Assembly (NCBI GenBank): GCA_947176265.1
Contig: CAMWQA010000001.1
Span: 11,772 to 75,771, forward strand
DNA: 64,000 nucleotides
Reading direction: 5' to 3'
DNA from: an uncultured Clostridia bacterium
GTDB taxonomy: Bacteria > Bacillota > Clostridia > Christensenellales > UBA3700
Positions 19,847 to 29,678 of this stretch are shown piece after piece. The position numbers and the translations under genes are program-made. Within the stretch, counting starts at the first letter, position 1, and every line of letters starts with the position of its first letter. The notes under the pieces were generated by a model that was not told the origin of the DNA, did no database searches, and saw only the letters and a program-made list of their open reading frames with translations.

Positions 19847-19873
19847 GTATTTCGACCGAAGTGGAGAAATCTC
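19847..19873 (+). repeat. Family-1 dispersed repeat, copy d
   Basis: GTATTTCgaccgaagtggaGAAATCTC. Confidence 0.7.
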
Positions 19874-19880
19874 GATCAGA

Positions 19881-20099
19881 TTATTTATATTCGTCTAAGC
19901 AAAGTAAATAGTCCGCGGACTCGTCAAGTATTTTACATAGGTTTGCAAAGATATCTAACGTTGGCAATCTATCGCCTTTTATATAATGCTCAATACATGA
20001 TTTTGACACGCCGATAAGACTCGCTATTTGCAAATGCGTCATTCCGCTGTATTTTATTGCTTTTGCCAAGTTAAATTGAATTTGATTTATCGTAATCAT
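19881..20099 (-). CDS. XRE-family helix-turn-helix transcriptional regulator
   Basis: LAKAIKYSGMTHLQIASLIGVSKSCIEHYIKGDRLPTLDIFANLCKIL is an HTH_3 pattern. The start is set at the second ATG (7 nt after GAGAGG). Confidence 0.75.
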   Translation of the reverse strand: MITINQIQFNLAKAIKYSGMTHLQIASLIGVSKSCIEHYIKGDRLPTLDIFANLCKILDESADYLLCLDEYK

Positions 20100-20263
20100 A
20101 GTCATACCTCTCGTATATCTATTATAAGATAATTAACGCGTTATTTCTCGAAGTATGATTATCAATCATATGTTATTTTTGAAAGTTTGAAAGGCTATTT
20201 TAGCCAATTTCTTTATTAGTTTACTATGTTTTGAAAATTTTACATAAATTTTACATTAAGTAT

Positions 20264-20292
20264 TTGACATATTTTTTTATAATGTGTATGCT
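20264..20292 (+). promoter_or_regulatory. Candidate promoter of the S10 operon, followed by a ~190-nt leader
   Basis: TTGACA(20264-20269)-17 nt-TATGCT(20287-20292). Confidence 0.45.
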
Positions 20293-20486
20293 AAACAGGC
20301 TTACGTCAAATAGGGATGAGACGGGAGGTTACCGCTTTATATAAGAGGAGAACTTCCGTTGACAAGAGTCCGACAATCGGGCGACTAACAAAAAGGCTAA
20401 CTGCGAGCCTTTTTAAAAAGGACGGAGGCGGAACGCACGGAAGTGTATAGTAAAAAATAAGTTAGGCAAAAAAGGAGAACTAGAAA

Positions 20487-20795
20487 ATGGCAGGACAAAC
20501 AATCAGAATCAAATTGAGAGCTTACGAGCACAACCTCATCGACGTTGCAGCAGAAAAGATCGTCGAGACGGCAAAGAGAAGCGGTGCGCAAGTATCGGGA
20601 CCTATTCCACTCCCTACGGAGAAAGAAGTAGTTACCATCATCAGAGCAGTCCACAAGTATAAGGACAGCAGAGAGCAATTCGAGCTTCGTACCCATAAGA
20701 GACTTATTGATATAATCAATCCTACTTCAAAAGTAGTTGATGCTCTTATGAAACTTGATTTGCCGGCAGGCGTTGATATTCAAATCAAGCTCTAA
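20487..20795 (+). CDS. rpsJ: 30S ribosomal protein S10
   Basis: [15 protein letters not shown]...; SD AAAGGAG; first gene of the S10 operon. Confidence 0.97.
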   Translation: MAGQTIRIKLRAYEHNLIDVAAEKIVETAKRSGAQVSGPIPLPTEKEVVTIIRAVHKYKDSREQFELRTHKRLIDIINPTSKVVDALMKLDLPAGVDIQIKL

Positions 20796-20863
20796 TATTA
20801 AATCAGTCAAATAAAATTGCGTATAGCGATTTTGCAAAATAAAAATGGAGGATGAACTTTATT

Positions 20864-21484
20864 ATGAATAAAGCAATCATTGGAAAAAAGTTGGCAATGA
20901 GTCAGATTTTTGCTCCGGACGGCACGGTAATCCCAGTTACGATAGTGCTTGCGGGACCTTGTCCGGTTGTGCAAAAGAAAACCCTTGACAATGACGGTTA
21001 CGAGGCAGTTCAAATTGCCTTTGGCGAAATCAAAGAAAAGAACGTCAATAAGCCGATAAAGGGTCATTACAAGAAGGCAGGTGTTACACCCAGAAGAGTA
21101 CTTCGCGAGTTTAAGACGGACGTTGCAAGTTTTGAACTTGGACAAGAACTCAAGTGCGATCAATTCGCAGTAGGTTCTTTGGTAGACGTAAGCGGTACTT
21201 CAAAGGGACACGGATTTACGGGCGCTGTCAAGAGATGGAATCATCACTGCGGACCTATGGCGCACGGTTCGGGTTACCACAGAGGCGTAGGTTCTATGGG
21301 CGCATGTTCTACTCCTTCGAGAGTATTCAAGAACAAAAAGATGTCGGGACATTGGGGTAACGAAAAGGTTACCGTCAAGAATCTCACGGTGGCAAAAGTC
21401 GATGCCGAGCGTAATCTTCTTTTCATCAAGGGCGCTATCCCCGGTGCAAAGGGTAACATCGTTGTTGTAAAGCAAAACGGTTAA
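20864..21484 (+). CDS. rplC: 50S ribosomal protein L3
   Basis: GKKLAMSQIF, SKGHGFTGAVKRWN. ATG 20864 is preferred because GGAGGA (20847-20852) overlaps the track start at 20852. Confidence 0.95.
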   Translation: MNKAIIGKKLAMSQIFAPDGTVIPVTIVLAGPCPVVQKKTLDNDGYEAVQIAFGEIKEKNVNKPIKGHYKKAGVTPRRVLREFKTDVASFELGQELKCDQFAVGSLVDVSGTSKGHGFTGAVKRWNHHCGPMAHGSGYHRGVGSMGACSTPSRVFKNKKMSGHWGNEKVTVKNLTVAKVDAERNLLFIKGAIPGAKGNIVVVKQNG

Positions 21485-21498
21485 AGGAGTGAGCAAAA

Positions 21499-22125
21499 AT
21501 GAAGGTTAATGTTTTAGATATAAAAGCCAAGAAAGTAGGCGAAATCGAGCTTAACGAAAGCGTATTCGGCGTTGAATATAACGAACCGCTTATTCATCAA
21601 GTAGTAGTTGCTCAATTGGCAAACAAGAGACAAGGCACCAAGAGCACTTTGACCCGCACTGAAGTTAGAGGCGGAGGCAAGAAGCCTTGGAGACAAAAGG
21701 GTACAGGTAGAGCTAGACAAGGTAGTATCCGTAGCCCGCAATGGACAGGCGGCGGCGTTGTATTCGCTCCAAAGCCCAGAGATTTTTCTCAAAAGATCAA
21801 CAAGAAGATGAAAGTTGCCGCTACATTGTCGGCATTGAGCGCTAAGGTAAGCGACAACGACTTTATCGTACTTGACAAGTTGGTACTTGAAGAGGCAAAG
21901 ACGAAGTACATCGCGCAAATGCTCAAGGCAATGGAAATCGATAAGAAAGTTTTGTTGGTAGTCGGAAATGACGACGAAGCAGTTCAAAGAGCTTGCGCAA
22001 ACATTCAAAACTTGACTCTTATCAACGCTAGCCTTATCAACGTATACGATTTGGCTGCAAACACCAAGTGCATCTTCACCGTTGATGCAGTAAACAAAAT
22101 AGAGGAGGCATATAAGAATGAATAA
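21499..22125 (+). CDS. rplD: 50S ribosomal protein L4
   Basis: RGGGKKPWRQKGTGRARQGSIRSPQW motif. Confidence 0.96.
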   Translation: MKVNVLDIKAKKVGEIELNESVFGVEYNEPLIHQVVVAQLANKRQGTKSTLTRTEVRGGGKKPWRQKGTGRARQGSIRSPQWTGGGVVFAPKPRDFSQKINKKMKVAATLSALSAKVSDNDFIVLDKLVLEEAKTKYIAQMLKAMEIDKKVLLVVGNDDEAVQRACANIQNLTLINASLINVYDLAANTKCIFTVDAVNKIEEAYKNE

Positions 22126-22408
22126 GTATGATATAATTATATCCCCTATCCTTACAGAAAAGAGCTATGACGGTATCGCAGAAAAGAAATACACTTTCAA
22201 AGTAGCTTGCGATGCTACGAAGACTCAGATCAAGGTGGCAGTCGAAGATATATTCGGCGTTAGCGTAGCAAAAGTAAACACCGTCAACGTAAACGGTAAG
22301 AAGAAGAGAATGGGAAGAAACGAAGGCATGACTTCCTCTTACAAGAAAGCAATCGTAACGTTGACAGAAGATAGCAAGACTATCGAATTCTTTGAGAGTC
22401 TGGCATAA
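22118..22408 (+). CDS. rplW: 50S ribosomal protein L23
   Basis: YDIIISPILTEKS...; 8-nt overlap with rplD. Confidence 0.96.
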   Translation: MNKYDIIISPILTEKSYDGIAEKKYTFKVACDATKTQIKVAVEDIFGVSVAKVNTVNVNGKKKRMGRNEGMTSSYKKAIVTLTEDSKTIEFFESLA

Positions 22409-22423
22409 TAGGAGGTAATATAA

Positions 22424-23248
22424 ATGGCTATTAAGAGATTTAAACCTACTTCTCCGGCTCGTCGTTTTATGACGGTATCCAAATTTACCGAAATTACTAC
22501 GACCACTCCCGAAAGAGGATTGCTCGAGACAAAGAGCAAGAGTGGCGGTAGAAATGCTACGGGTAGAATTACCGTAAGACATATCGGCGGCGGCAACAGA
22601 AGAAAGTACAGAATAATTGACTTTAAGCGCAATAAGGATAATATCCCGGCAGTCGTTGCTTCCATAGAGTACGATCCAAACCGCAGCGCAAACATAGCTC
22701 TCCTCAACTATGCGGACGGCGAAAAGAGATACATTATCGCTCCGCTTGGATTGCAAAAGGGCGACACGGTAATGAGCGGCGAAAACGCAGACATCAAGAC
22801 GGGCAATACGCTTCCTCTTGAGAAGATACCTGTAGGTACCGTTATTCATAATATAGAGATGCACCCGGGCAAGGGCGGTCAGATTGCAAGATCTGCAGGT
22901 AATTCCGCTCAACTCATGGCAAAGGAAGGCAAATACGCAACGTTGAGACTTCCAAGCGGCGAAATGAGATATATACCTATCAAGTGCAGAGCTACTATCG
23001 GACAGGTTGGCAACCTCGAGCACGAGATCGTATCTTTGGGTAAAGCAGGACGTAAACGTCATATGGGCGTAAGACCTACGGTCCGCGGCGTTGTAATGAA
23101 CCCTTGCGATCACCCGCACGGCGGTGGCGAAGGCAAGTCGCCGATAGGTATGCCGAGTCCTGTAACTCCTTGGGGTAAACCTGCACTCGGTTACAAGACC
23201 AGAAAGAAGAACAAGAGCAATAAGTTCATTATCAAGCGTGTGAACTAG
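22424..23248 (+). CDS. rplB: 50S ribosomal protein L2
   Basis: [14 protein letters not shown]..., [17 protein letters not shown]. Confidence 0.97.
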   Translation: MAIKRFKPTSPARRFMTVSKFTEITTTTPERGLLETKSKSGGRNATGRITVRHIGGGNRRKYRIIDFKRNKDNIPAVVASIEYDPNRSANIALLNYADGEKRYIIAPLGLQKGDTVMSGENADIKTGNTLPLEKIPVGTVIHNIEMHPGKGGQIARSAGNSAQLMAKEGKYATLRLPSGEMRYIPIKCRATIGQVGNLEHEIVSLGKAGRKRHMGVRPTVRGVVMNPCDHPHGGGEGKSPIGMPSPVTPWGKPALGYKTRKKNKSNKFIIKRVN

Positions 23249-23259
23249 GAGGATCAAAA

Positions 23260-23538
23260 ATGAGTAGATCAGTAAAGAAAGGACCTTTCGTCGAAGAAAG
23301 ACTTATAAAGAGAATTATCGCAATGAACGATGCCAACGAAAAGAAGGTTGTCAAGACTTGGTCAAGATCTTCCACAATCTTCCCGGAGATGGTAGGACAC
23401 ACGATAGCCGTACACGACGGCAGAAAGCACGTGCCTGTATATATCACTGAAGATATGGTAGGTTGCAAGCTCGGCGAGTTCGCTCCCACCCGTACCTTTA
23501 AAGGTCACGCAGGCGAAAAAACCACAGGTAAGAAATAA
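23260..23538 (+). CDS. rpsS: 30S ribosomal protein S19
   Basis: [11 protein letters not shown]..., [17 protein letters not shown]. Confidence 0.97.
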   Translation: MSRSVKKGPFVEERLIKRIIAMNDANEKKVVKTWSRSSTIFPEMVGHTIAVHDGRKHVPVYITEDMVGCKLGEFAPTRTFKGHAGEKTTGKK

Positions 23539-23549
23539 GGAGGCGTAAG

Positions 23550-23942
23550 ATGGCAAAGAGATTAAGAGAAAAGAGCGCCGCTCGTAAAGAAAACGCAGAC
23601 AAGCGTCCGAGCGCAACAGCCAAATACGTCAGAATTTCTCCCGATAAGGTTAGAATCGTGCTTGACGTAATCAGAGGCAAGAAATACGAAGAGGCTTTGG
23701 CAATACTCAAATTTACGCGTAAAGCTGCTTGCGAACCGCTCATCAAGTTGTTGAATTCAGCGGCCGCAAATGCAGAAAACAATTTGAATATGGACAAATC
23801 CACGCTTTACGTAGCAGAGTGCTACGCCAACGCAGGCCCGATACTCAAGCGTATCAGAGCAAGAGCAAAGGGAAGCGCTGCAAGAATCAACAAACGCACC
23901 AGCCACATCACCATCGTTTTGGATGAGGCTAAGGCAGAATAA
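23550..23942 (+). CDS. rplV: 50S ribosomal protein L22
   Basis: [21 protein letters not shown] pattern, with a short basic N-terminal extension. Confidence 0.95.
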   Translation: MAKRLREKSAARKENADKRPSATAKYVRISPDKVRIVLDVIRGKKYEEALAILKFTRKAACEPLIKLLNSAAANAENNLNMDKSTLYVAECYANAGPILKRIRARAKGSAARINKRTSHITIVLDEAKAE

Positions 23943-23959
23943 TCGAGGAGGTATCAAAA

Positions 23960-24640
23960 ATGGGACAAAAAGTTAGTCCACACGGATTGAGAGTAGGCGT
24001 AATAAAAGATTGGAACGCTCAATGGTATGCTGACAAGAAGAACTTTTCTAAGAACCTCATTGAGGATCACAAGATCAGAACTTACTTGAAGAAACAATAT
24101 TATCAATGTTCTATCTCCAAGATTACAATCAGCAGAATACTTTCTTCGGCAAACGATATCGTAATAGTTACGATTTATACCGCAAAGCCGGGTATCATGA
24201 TTGGCAAGGCAGGCGCAGGCGTTGAGCAAATCAAGAAAGAAGTTATGAAGCTTGCTCCCAAAAAGAGCGTAAGCATCAACATAATGGAAGTTAAGAGACC
24301 CGATACGGACGCTCAACTTATCGCAGAAAACATTGCCGCTCAACTTGAAAAGCGTATCGCTTTCAGAAGAGCTATGAAGGGTTGTATCTCCAAGGCAATG
24401 AAAGGCGGAGTTAAGGGTATTAAGACAATGGTATCCGGTCGTCTTAACGGAGCAGAAATTGCAAACTCCGAGAGCTATCACGAAGGTTCGATACCTCTTC
24501 AAACTTTGAGAGCAGATATCGATTACGGTACGGCAGAAGCTCACACCACGTTCGGTATTATCGGCGTTAAGGTATGGGTATACAAGGGCGAAGTTCTTGG
24601 AAGAAACGTAAAGGAAAACAAGGAAGGAGGTAATGCGTAA
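23960..24640 (+). CDS. rpsC: 30S ribosomal protein S3
   Basis: [13 protein letters not shown]..., KH and S3-C domains. Confidence 0.97.
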   Translation: MGQKVSPHGLRVGVIKDWNAQWYADKKNFSKNLIEDHKIRTYLKKQYYQCSISKITISRILSSANDIVIVTIYTAKPGIMIGKAGAGVEQIKKEVMKLAPKKSVSINIMEVKRPDTDAQLIAENIAAQLEKRIAFRRAMKGCISKAMKGGVKGIKTMVSGRLNGAEIANSESYHEGSIPLQTLRADIDYGTAEAHTTFGIIGVKVWVYKGEVLGRNVKENKEGGNA

Positions 24641-25071
24641 TGTTAATGCCTAAAAGAGTTAAGAGACGTCGCGTACACCGCGGCAGATTGACGGGACAGG
24701 CTAACAAGGGCAACAAGGTTGCATACGGCGAGTACGGACTTGTAGCGCTTGAGCCAAGTTGGATTACCTCAAACCAAATTGAGGCAGCCCGTATAGCAAT
24801 GACGCGTTATATTAAGAGAGGCGGTAAGGTATGGATTAATATATTCCCCCACAAGCCTATCACGAAGAAGCCGGCAGAAACCAGAATGGGTAGCGGTAAA
24901 GGTAGCGTAGAATACTGGGTAGCAGTTGTTAAGCCGGGTCGTGTAATGTTTGAAATGTCAGGCGTAAGCGAGGAAGTCGCACGCGAAGCATTGAGACTTG
25001 CATCACACAAATTGCCCGTTAAGTGCAAGTTCGTAAAGAGAGAAGAGGTGGTCGAAGATGAAAGCAAGTAA
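24640..25071 (+). CDS. rplP: 50S ribosomal protein L16
   Basis: [15 protein letters not shown]...; TAATG overlap with rpsC. Confidence 0.97.
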   Translation: MLMPKRVKRRRVHRGRLTGQANKGNKVAYGEYGLVALEPSWITSNQIEAARIAMTRYIKRGGKVWINIFPHKPITKKPAETRMGSGKGSVEYWVAVVKPGRVMFEMSGVSEEVAREALRLASHKLPVKCKFVKREEVVEDESK

Positions 25072-25294
25072 TTTTTTTGAAATGACAAACGAAGAACTTA
25101 ATCTCAAATTGAATTCTTTGAAAGAAGAACTCTTCAATCTTCGCTTTAAACATAAAGCAGGTCAACTTGAGAATGCTAATCAACTTGCAATTTGCAAGAA
25201 AGATATTGCAAGAGTAAAGACGATAATCCGTCAAAGAGAACTTGGAATTTCCGACGAACCCAACAAGGGCGGAAAGGCTAAGAAGAATAAGTAA
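25058..25294 (+). CDS. rpmC: 50S ribosomal protein L29 with a basic tail
   Basis: [28 protein letters not shown]; 14-nt overlap with rplP; SD GAGGTGG. Confidence 0.95.
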   Translation: MKASNFFEMTNEELNLKLNSLKEELFNLRFKHKAGQLENANQLAICKKDIARVKTIIRQRELGISDEPNKGGKAKKNK

Positions 25295-25308
25295 GGAGGA
25301 TAAAAGAC

Positions 25309-25566
25309 ATGGAAGAAAGAAATCTTAGAAAAACCAGAGTTGGCGTAGTGGTAAGCGACAAGATGGAAAAGACAGTCGTTGTTGCTATCAAAGAGCGTGT
25401 TAAGCATCCTCTTTACGGCAAGATTATCAATAGAACAAAGACGTTCAAGGCTCACGATGAGCAAAATGAATGTGGCATAGGCGATACCGTGCGTGTCGTT
25501 GAAACAAGACCGCTTTCCAAAGATAAGCGTTGGAGAGTAGTCGAAATCGTCGAAAAGGCTAAATAA
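25309..25566 (+). CDS. rpsQ: 30S ribosomal protein S17
   Basis: [19 protein letters not shown]..., [13 protein letters not shown]. Confidence 0.97.
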   Translation: MEERNLRKTRVGVVVSDKMEKTVVVAIKERVKHPLYGKIINRTKTFKAHDEQNECGIGDTVRVVETRPLSKDKRWRVVEIVEKAK

Positions 25567-25580
25567 GGAGGACCCCGAGA

Positions 25581-25949
25581 ATGATACAACCGGAAACAAA
25601 ATTGGTCGTTGCGGATAATTCAGGCGCAAAAGAGATCAAATGTATTAGAGTAATGGGCGGTTCGTTCCGTAGAAGCGGTAATATAGGCGACGTAATCGTG
25701 GCATCCGTTCAGACGGCTACCCCTGGCGGCGCAGTTAAGAAGGGCGACGTTGTCAAAGCAGTTATCGTAAGAACCAAGAAAGGTATCAGAAGAACCGACG
25801 GTTCGCACATCAGATTTGACGACAACGCAGCAGTTATTATCGACAATCAAAAACAACCTAGGGGTACTCGTATCTTTGGACCAATTGCCAGAGAGTTGAG
25901 AGATAAGGATTATATGAAGATCATATCTCTTGCCCCAGAGGTAATTTAA
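25581..25949 (+). CDS. rplN: 50S ribosomal protein L14
   Basis: [19 protein letters not shown]..., 122 aa. Confidence 0.97.
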   Translation: MIQPETKLVVADNSGAKEIKCIRVMGGSFRRSGNIGDVIVASVQTATPGGAVKKGDVVKAVIVRTKKGIRRTDGSHIRFDDNAAVIIDNQKQPRGTRIFGPIARELRDKDYMKIISLAPEVI

Positions 25950-25964
25950 CGGAGGTAGACCAAT

Positions 25965-26387
25965 ATGAGTATGAATGTTAAGAAAGGCGACGCGGTAAAA
26001 GTTATCGCAGGCGTCGATAAAGGTAAGACAGGTCAAGTATTGGCAGTAGATACCAAGTCCCAAAGAGTAGTTTTGCAAGGCTCTGACTTGAAGACGGTAA
26101 AGTGCTTCGTTAAGCCTCGCAACGCTCAAGAGAAAGGCGGAATTATCGAAAGAGAGGCTTCTATCAACGTATCCAACGTAATGATTATCTGCCCAAGCTG
26201 CAACAGCGCAACAAGAGTTGCTCACAACGTAAGCGTTGATGAAAACGGCAAGAAAATCAAGACTCGTATATGCAAGAAGTGCGGAGCATCTTTGGACGTA
26301 GCGGCTTCAAAAGCTGCAAAGACCGCTAAGAAGGCAAAGAAGACTGCCACAAAGGCAAAGAAAACCACTGACGTGGAAGAGAATTAA
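25965..26387 (+). CDS. rplX: 50S ribosomal protein L24, Cys4 form with a Lys/Ala-rich C-terminal tail
   Basis: KOW N-terminus (VKKGDAVKVIAGVDKGKTG). CPSC...CKKC sits where the usual C-terminal hairpin loops are. At 140 aa it is longer than my recalled reference, B. subtilis L24 (~103 aa). Confidence 0.93.
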   Translation: MSMNVKKGDAVKVIAGVDKGKTGQVLAVDTKSQRVVLQGSDLKTVKCFVKPRNAQEKGGIIEREASINVSNVMIICPSCNSATRVAHNVSVDENGKKIKTRICKKCGASLDVAASKAAKTAKKAKKTATKAKKTTDVEEN

Positions 26388-26402
26388 TGGAGGTTAACGA
26401 CT

Positions 26403-26954
26403 GTGGAAAATAGAGAATACAGAATGCTTGAATACTATAAATCAACAGTAGTTCCTGCATTGATTAAAAAATTTAACTACAAGAACGTAAACCAAGTTCC
26501 TAAGATCGAGAAAGTAGTTCTCAACATGGGACTCGGCGACGTTAAGGACAATAGCAAGAGCCTTCAACAGGCAGTTGAAGAACTCAAGTTGATTGCAGGT
26601 CAGGCTCCCGCAGAGTGCAAAGCTAAAAAGAGCGTTGCAAACTTCAAGGTGAGAGAAGGCATGACGATTGGCGCAAAGGTAACTTTGAGAGGCAAGAAAA
26701 TGTATGACTTTATGGATAAGCTCATATCAGTCGCTCTTCCTCGAGTAAGAGACTTCAAGGGCGTGCCAAGCGATTCCTTCGACGGACGCGGCAACTACGC
26801 AATGGGCGTTAAGGAACAAATCATCTTCCCGGAAATCCAATACGATAAGGTAGAGAAGGTAAGAGGTTTTGACATTATCGTCGTAACTACGGCAAACACA
26901 GACGAAGAGGCTAAGGAGTTGTTGACGCTCCTCGGTATGCCTTTTGTGAAATAA
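26403..26954 (+). CDS. rplE: 50S ribosomal protein L5
   Basis: [31 protein letters not shown] 26403 lies 9 nt after GGAGG (26389-26393). ATG 26424 is an alternative start. Confidence 0.93.
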   Translation: MENREYRMLEYYKSTVVPALIKKFNYKNVNQVPKIEKVVLNMGLGDVKDNSKSLQQAVEELKLIAGQAPAECKAKKSVANFKVREGMTIGAKVTLRGKKMYDFMDKLISVALPRVRDFKGVPSDSFDGRGNYAMGVKEQIIFPEIQYDKVEKVRGFDIIVVTTANTDEEAKELLTLLGMPFVK

Positions 26955-26967
26955 GGAGATTTAAATT

Positions 26968-27153
26968 ATGGCAAAGAAAGCAATGATTAACAAACAACAA
27001 AAGACTCCAAAGTACTCCACAAGAGCATACACAAGATGCCAAATTTGTGGAAGACCGCATGCAGTTTTAAGAAAGTACGGAATTTGCAGAATTTGCTTCA
27101 GAGAGCTCGCTTACAAAGGCGAAATCCCCGGAGTAAAGAAGGCAAGTTGGTAA
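26968..27153 (+). CDS. rpsN: 30S ribosomal protein S14, type Z (zinc-binding, 61 aa)
   Basis: [23 protein letters not shown] contains the CxxC...CxxC motif. Confidence 0.96.
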   Translation: MAKKAMINKQQKTPKYSTRAYTRCQICGRPHAVLRKYGICRICFRELAYKGEIPGVKKASW

Positions 27154-27169
27154 TAGGAGGGTATTTACT

Positions 27170-27568
27170 ATGATGATAACTGATCCAATCGCAGATATGC
27201 TCACCCGTATCCGTAACGCTTTGGTAGCAAGACACGACAGTGTTGAAGTACCTCTTTCAAAGATGAAGAAGGCAATCGCCGACATCTTGACTGAAGAAGG
27301 CTTTATCAACGGATATGAAGTAGTTGAAGGCGAAGTTCAAAGTGTTATGAAGGTAAATTTGAAGTATGGACCTAACAATGAAAAGGTCATTTCTGGAATT
27401 AAGCGTATTTCCAAGCCAGGCTTGAGAGTATATGCAAACTCGGAGAAACTTCCTGTCGTCCTCAACGGTTTGGGAATAGCAATTATTTCCACTTCCAAGG
27501 GTATTATGACGGACAAGAAGGCTCGCGCAGCTCATATCGGTGGCGAAGTTCTCGCTTACGTTTGGTAA
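27170..27568 (+). CDS. rpsH: 30S ribosomal protein S8
   Basis: [14 protein letters not shown] motif. Confidence 0.97.
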   Translation: MMITDPIADMLTRIRNALVARHDSVEVPLSKMKKAIADILTEEGFINGYEVVEGEVQSVMKVNLKYGPNNEKVISGIKRISKPGLRVYANSEKLPVVLNGLGIAIISTSKGIMTDKKARAAHIGGEVLAYVW

Positions 27569-27583
27569 TAGGGAGGTAGGAAT

Positions 27584-28126
27584 ATGTCAAGAATAGGTAG
27601 ACTTCCAGTAGTTATCCCTGCAGGCGTAGAAGTAAGCGTATCCCCCGAAAATATCGTTACGGTTAAAGGCGCAAAGGGTACTTTGACTCTCAAAGTAAAC
27701 AGCATCATCACCGTAAAGGTAGAGGGCGCAGAAGTTCACGTAACAAGACCCAACGACGATAAGCCGGTTAAGGCAATGCACGGTCTTTACAGAAAACTTA
27801 TTGCAAATATGGTTGAGGGCGTATCCAAGGGCTTTGAGAAATCTTTGATTCTCAACGGCGTAGGTTACAAGGCAGCTAAGCAAGGCAAGAAGTTGGTTCT
27901 CAGCGTAGGTTATTCGCACCCAGTTGAGATTGAAGAGATCCCCGGCATTACTTACGAGTGTCCTTCCGTAACGGAAGTTGTCGTAAAGGGTATAGACAAA
28001 GAGTTGGTAGGTCAGATGGCTGCCAACATAAGAAAAGTTCGCAATCCCGATCCTTACCACGTATACGGTATTCGTTATAAAGACGAAGTTATCGTACGCA
28101 AGGAAGGCAAGACGGGTAAGAAATAA
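27584..28126 (+). CDS. rplF: 50S ribosomal protein L6
   Basis: [17 protein letters not shown]..., 180 aa. Confidence 0.97.
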   Translation: MSRIGRLPVVIPAGVEVSVSPENIVTVKGAKGTLTLKVNSIITVKVEGAEVHVTRPNDDKPVKAMHGLYRKLIANMVEGVSKGFEKSLILNGVGYKAAKQGKKLVLSVGYSHPVEIEEIPGITYECPSVTEVVVKGIDKELVGQMAANIRKVRNPDPYHVYGIRYKDEVIVRKEGKTGKK

Positions 28127-28139
28127 GGAGTGAGATAAT

Positions 28140-28508
28140 ATGATTAGTAAGATTGATAAGAATGCCATTAGGCAAAAGAGACATCAAAGAGTTAGATCTA
28201 AAATCAGTGGCACAGCCGAGAGACCTCGCTTCAACGTATACAGAAGTACCAACAATATCAACGTTCAAATCATCGACGATATCAAAGGTATGACGCTCGT
28301 TTCTTGCTCGACTCTTGATAAGGATATGGCTAAGGTAGTCAAGGATATGACCAAGACTGAGGCCGCAGCCGAAGTAGGCAAGGCAGTTGCTAAAAAGGCT
28401 TTGCAAGCAGGTATCACCGAAGTAGTATTCGACAGAGGCGGATATCTCTATACCGGACGCGTTAAGAGCGTTGCAGACGGCGCAAGAGAAGCCGGACTTA
28501 AATTCTAA
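28140..28508 (+). CDS. rplR: 50S ribosomal protein L18
   Basis: [23 protein letters not shown]..., [26 protein letters not shown]. Confidence 0.97.
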   Translation: MISKIDKNAIRQKRHQRVRSKISGTAERPRFNVYRSTNNINVQIIDDIKGMTLVSCSTLDKDMAKVVKDMTKTEAAAEVGKAVAKKALQAGITEVVFDRGGYLYTGRVKSVADGAREAGLKF

Positions 28509-28519
28509 GGAGATGCAAA

Positions 28520-29029
28520 ATGGCTAGAAAAGAGAGATTTAACAATCAAGAAGAAGAATTGCTCAACAAGCTCATCTGCGTCAACCGCGTAACCAAGGTT
28601 GTCAAGGGCGGTAGAACGATGAGATTTGCGGCTCTTATAGTAGTCGGCGACGGACAAGGTACTATCGGTCTCGGTATGGGCAAGGCAGGCGAAGTTCCGG
28701 AAGCTATTCGTAAGGCAACGGCAGAAGCAAAGCGCAATATGATAAAGATCGCCAAGTTGGACACGTCTGTTCCTCACGAGGCAATAGGCAACTTCGGTAG
28801 CTCCAAGGTTATCATAATGCCGGCTAGCGCAGGTACCGGTGTTATCGCCGGCGGTCCTGTTCGTGCCGTACTTGAATGCGCAGGCATCAAGGATGTGAGA
28901 ACTAAGTCTATGGGCAGCAACAACAAAATCAACTGTGTCAAGGCTACCTTTGACGGACTTGCAAAGATGAAGACGGCAGAACAAATCGCCGCTTTGAGAG
29001 GCAAGAGCGTTGAAGAGATTATAGGCTAA
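28520..29029 (+). CDS. rpsE: 30S ribosomal protein S5
   Basis: [24 protein letters not shown] motif. Confidence 0.97.
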   Translation: MARKERFNNQEEELLNKLICVNRVTKVVKGGRTMRFAALIVVGDGQGTIGLGMGKAGEVPEAIRKATAEAKRNMIKIAKLDTSVPHEAIGNFGSSKVIIMPASAGTGVIAGGPVRAVLECAGIKDVRTKSMGSNNKINCVKATFDGLAKMKTAEQIAALRGKSVEEIIG

Positions 29030-29042
29030 GAGGAGGCGACTT

Positions 29043-29222
29043 ATGGAAAAGATTAAAGTTACGCTCGTAAAGAGTACGATAGGTTGCTCGCAAAAGCAAA
29101 AAGATACGATCAAGGCTTTGGGGCTTCACAAGATCGGAAGCAGCAACGTTATCACGTCTAACGCTTGTTCCGAGGGTATGCTCAAGGTAGTTTCTCATCT
29201 CGTAATGATTGAGCAGGCGTAA
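29043..29222 (+). CDS. rpmD: 50S ribosomal protein L30 (59 aa, below the ORF-track cutoff)
   Basis: Hand translation gives MEKIKVTLVKSTIGCSQKQKDTIKALGLHKIGSSNV...VSHLVMIEQA*. SD GAGGAGG. Sits in the expected slot between rpsE and rplO. Confidence 0.9.
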   Translation: MEKIKVTLVKSTIGCSQKQKDTIKALGLHKIGSSNVITSNACSEGMLKVVSHLVMIEQA

Positions 29223-29234
29223 GGAGGATTAGAT

Positions 29235-29678
29235 ATGAAATTGAACAATATGGCTCCTGCAGAGGGAGCAAAGACGCAGTCTAAAAGACTCGGCAGAGGT
29301 ATCGGTTCGGGACTCGGCAAGACTTCGGGTAAAGGTCACAAGGGACAATGGGCTCGTAGCGGCGGCGGAGTAAGACCGGGATTTGAAGGCGGACAAATGC
29401 CTCTCGTAAGAAGAATTCCAAAGAGAGGATTCAACAACGTCTTCAAGAAAGAATATTCTATCGTCAACGTCAGCGACCTTGAAGTCTTTGATAACGGAAC
29501 GGTAGTTACGGCAGAACTTCTCCTTGAGAAGGGTGTTCTTAGTAAGGTTGAGCCTTATGGTTTGAAGGTTCTTGGCAATGGTACATTAACTAAAAAGCTT
29601 GAGGTTAAAGCAAACAAATTTACTAAGTCAGCTGCAGAAATAATTGAAAAAGCAGGTGGCAAAGCAGAGGTGCTATAA
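29235..29678 (+). CDS. rplO: 50S ribosomal protein L15
   Basis: [19 protein letters not shown] motif. Confidence 0.97.
   Translation: MKLNNMAPAEGAKTQSKRLGRGIGSGLGKTSGKGHKGQWARSGGGVRPGFEGGQMPLVRRIPKRGFNNVFKKEYSIVNVSDLEVFDNGTVVTAELLLEKGVLSKVEPYGLKVLGNGTLTKKLEVKANKFTKSAAEIIEKAGGKAEVL

Noticed and set aside
20397-20719. Minus-strand ORFs overlapping the rpsJ leader and coding region
   Set aside because: They are antisense to rpsJ, have no translation signals and are shadow frames.
22076-23257. 393-aa minus-strand ORF, with many similar long antisense ORFs across the ribosomal cluster
   Set aside because: It lies entirely antisense to rplW and rplB, which are unmistakable ribosomal proteins. 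It has no SD and a low-complexity, Cys/Arg-rich composition typical of shadow ORFs.
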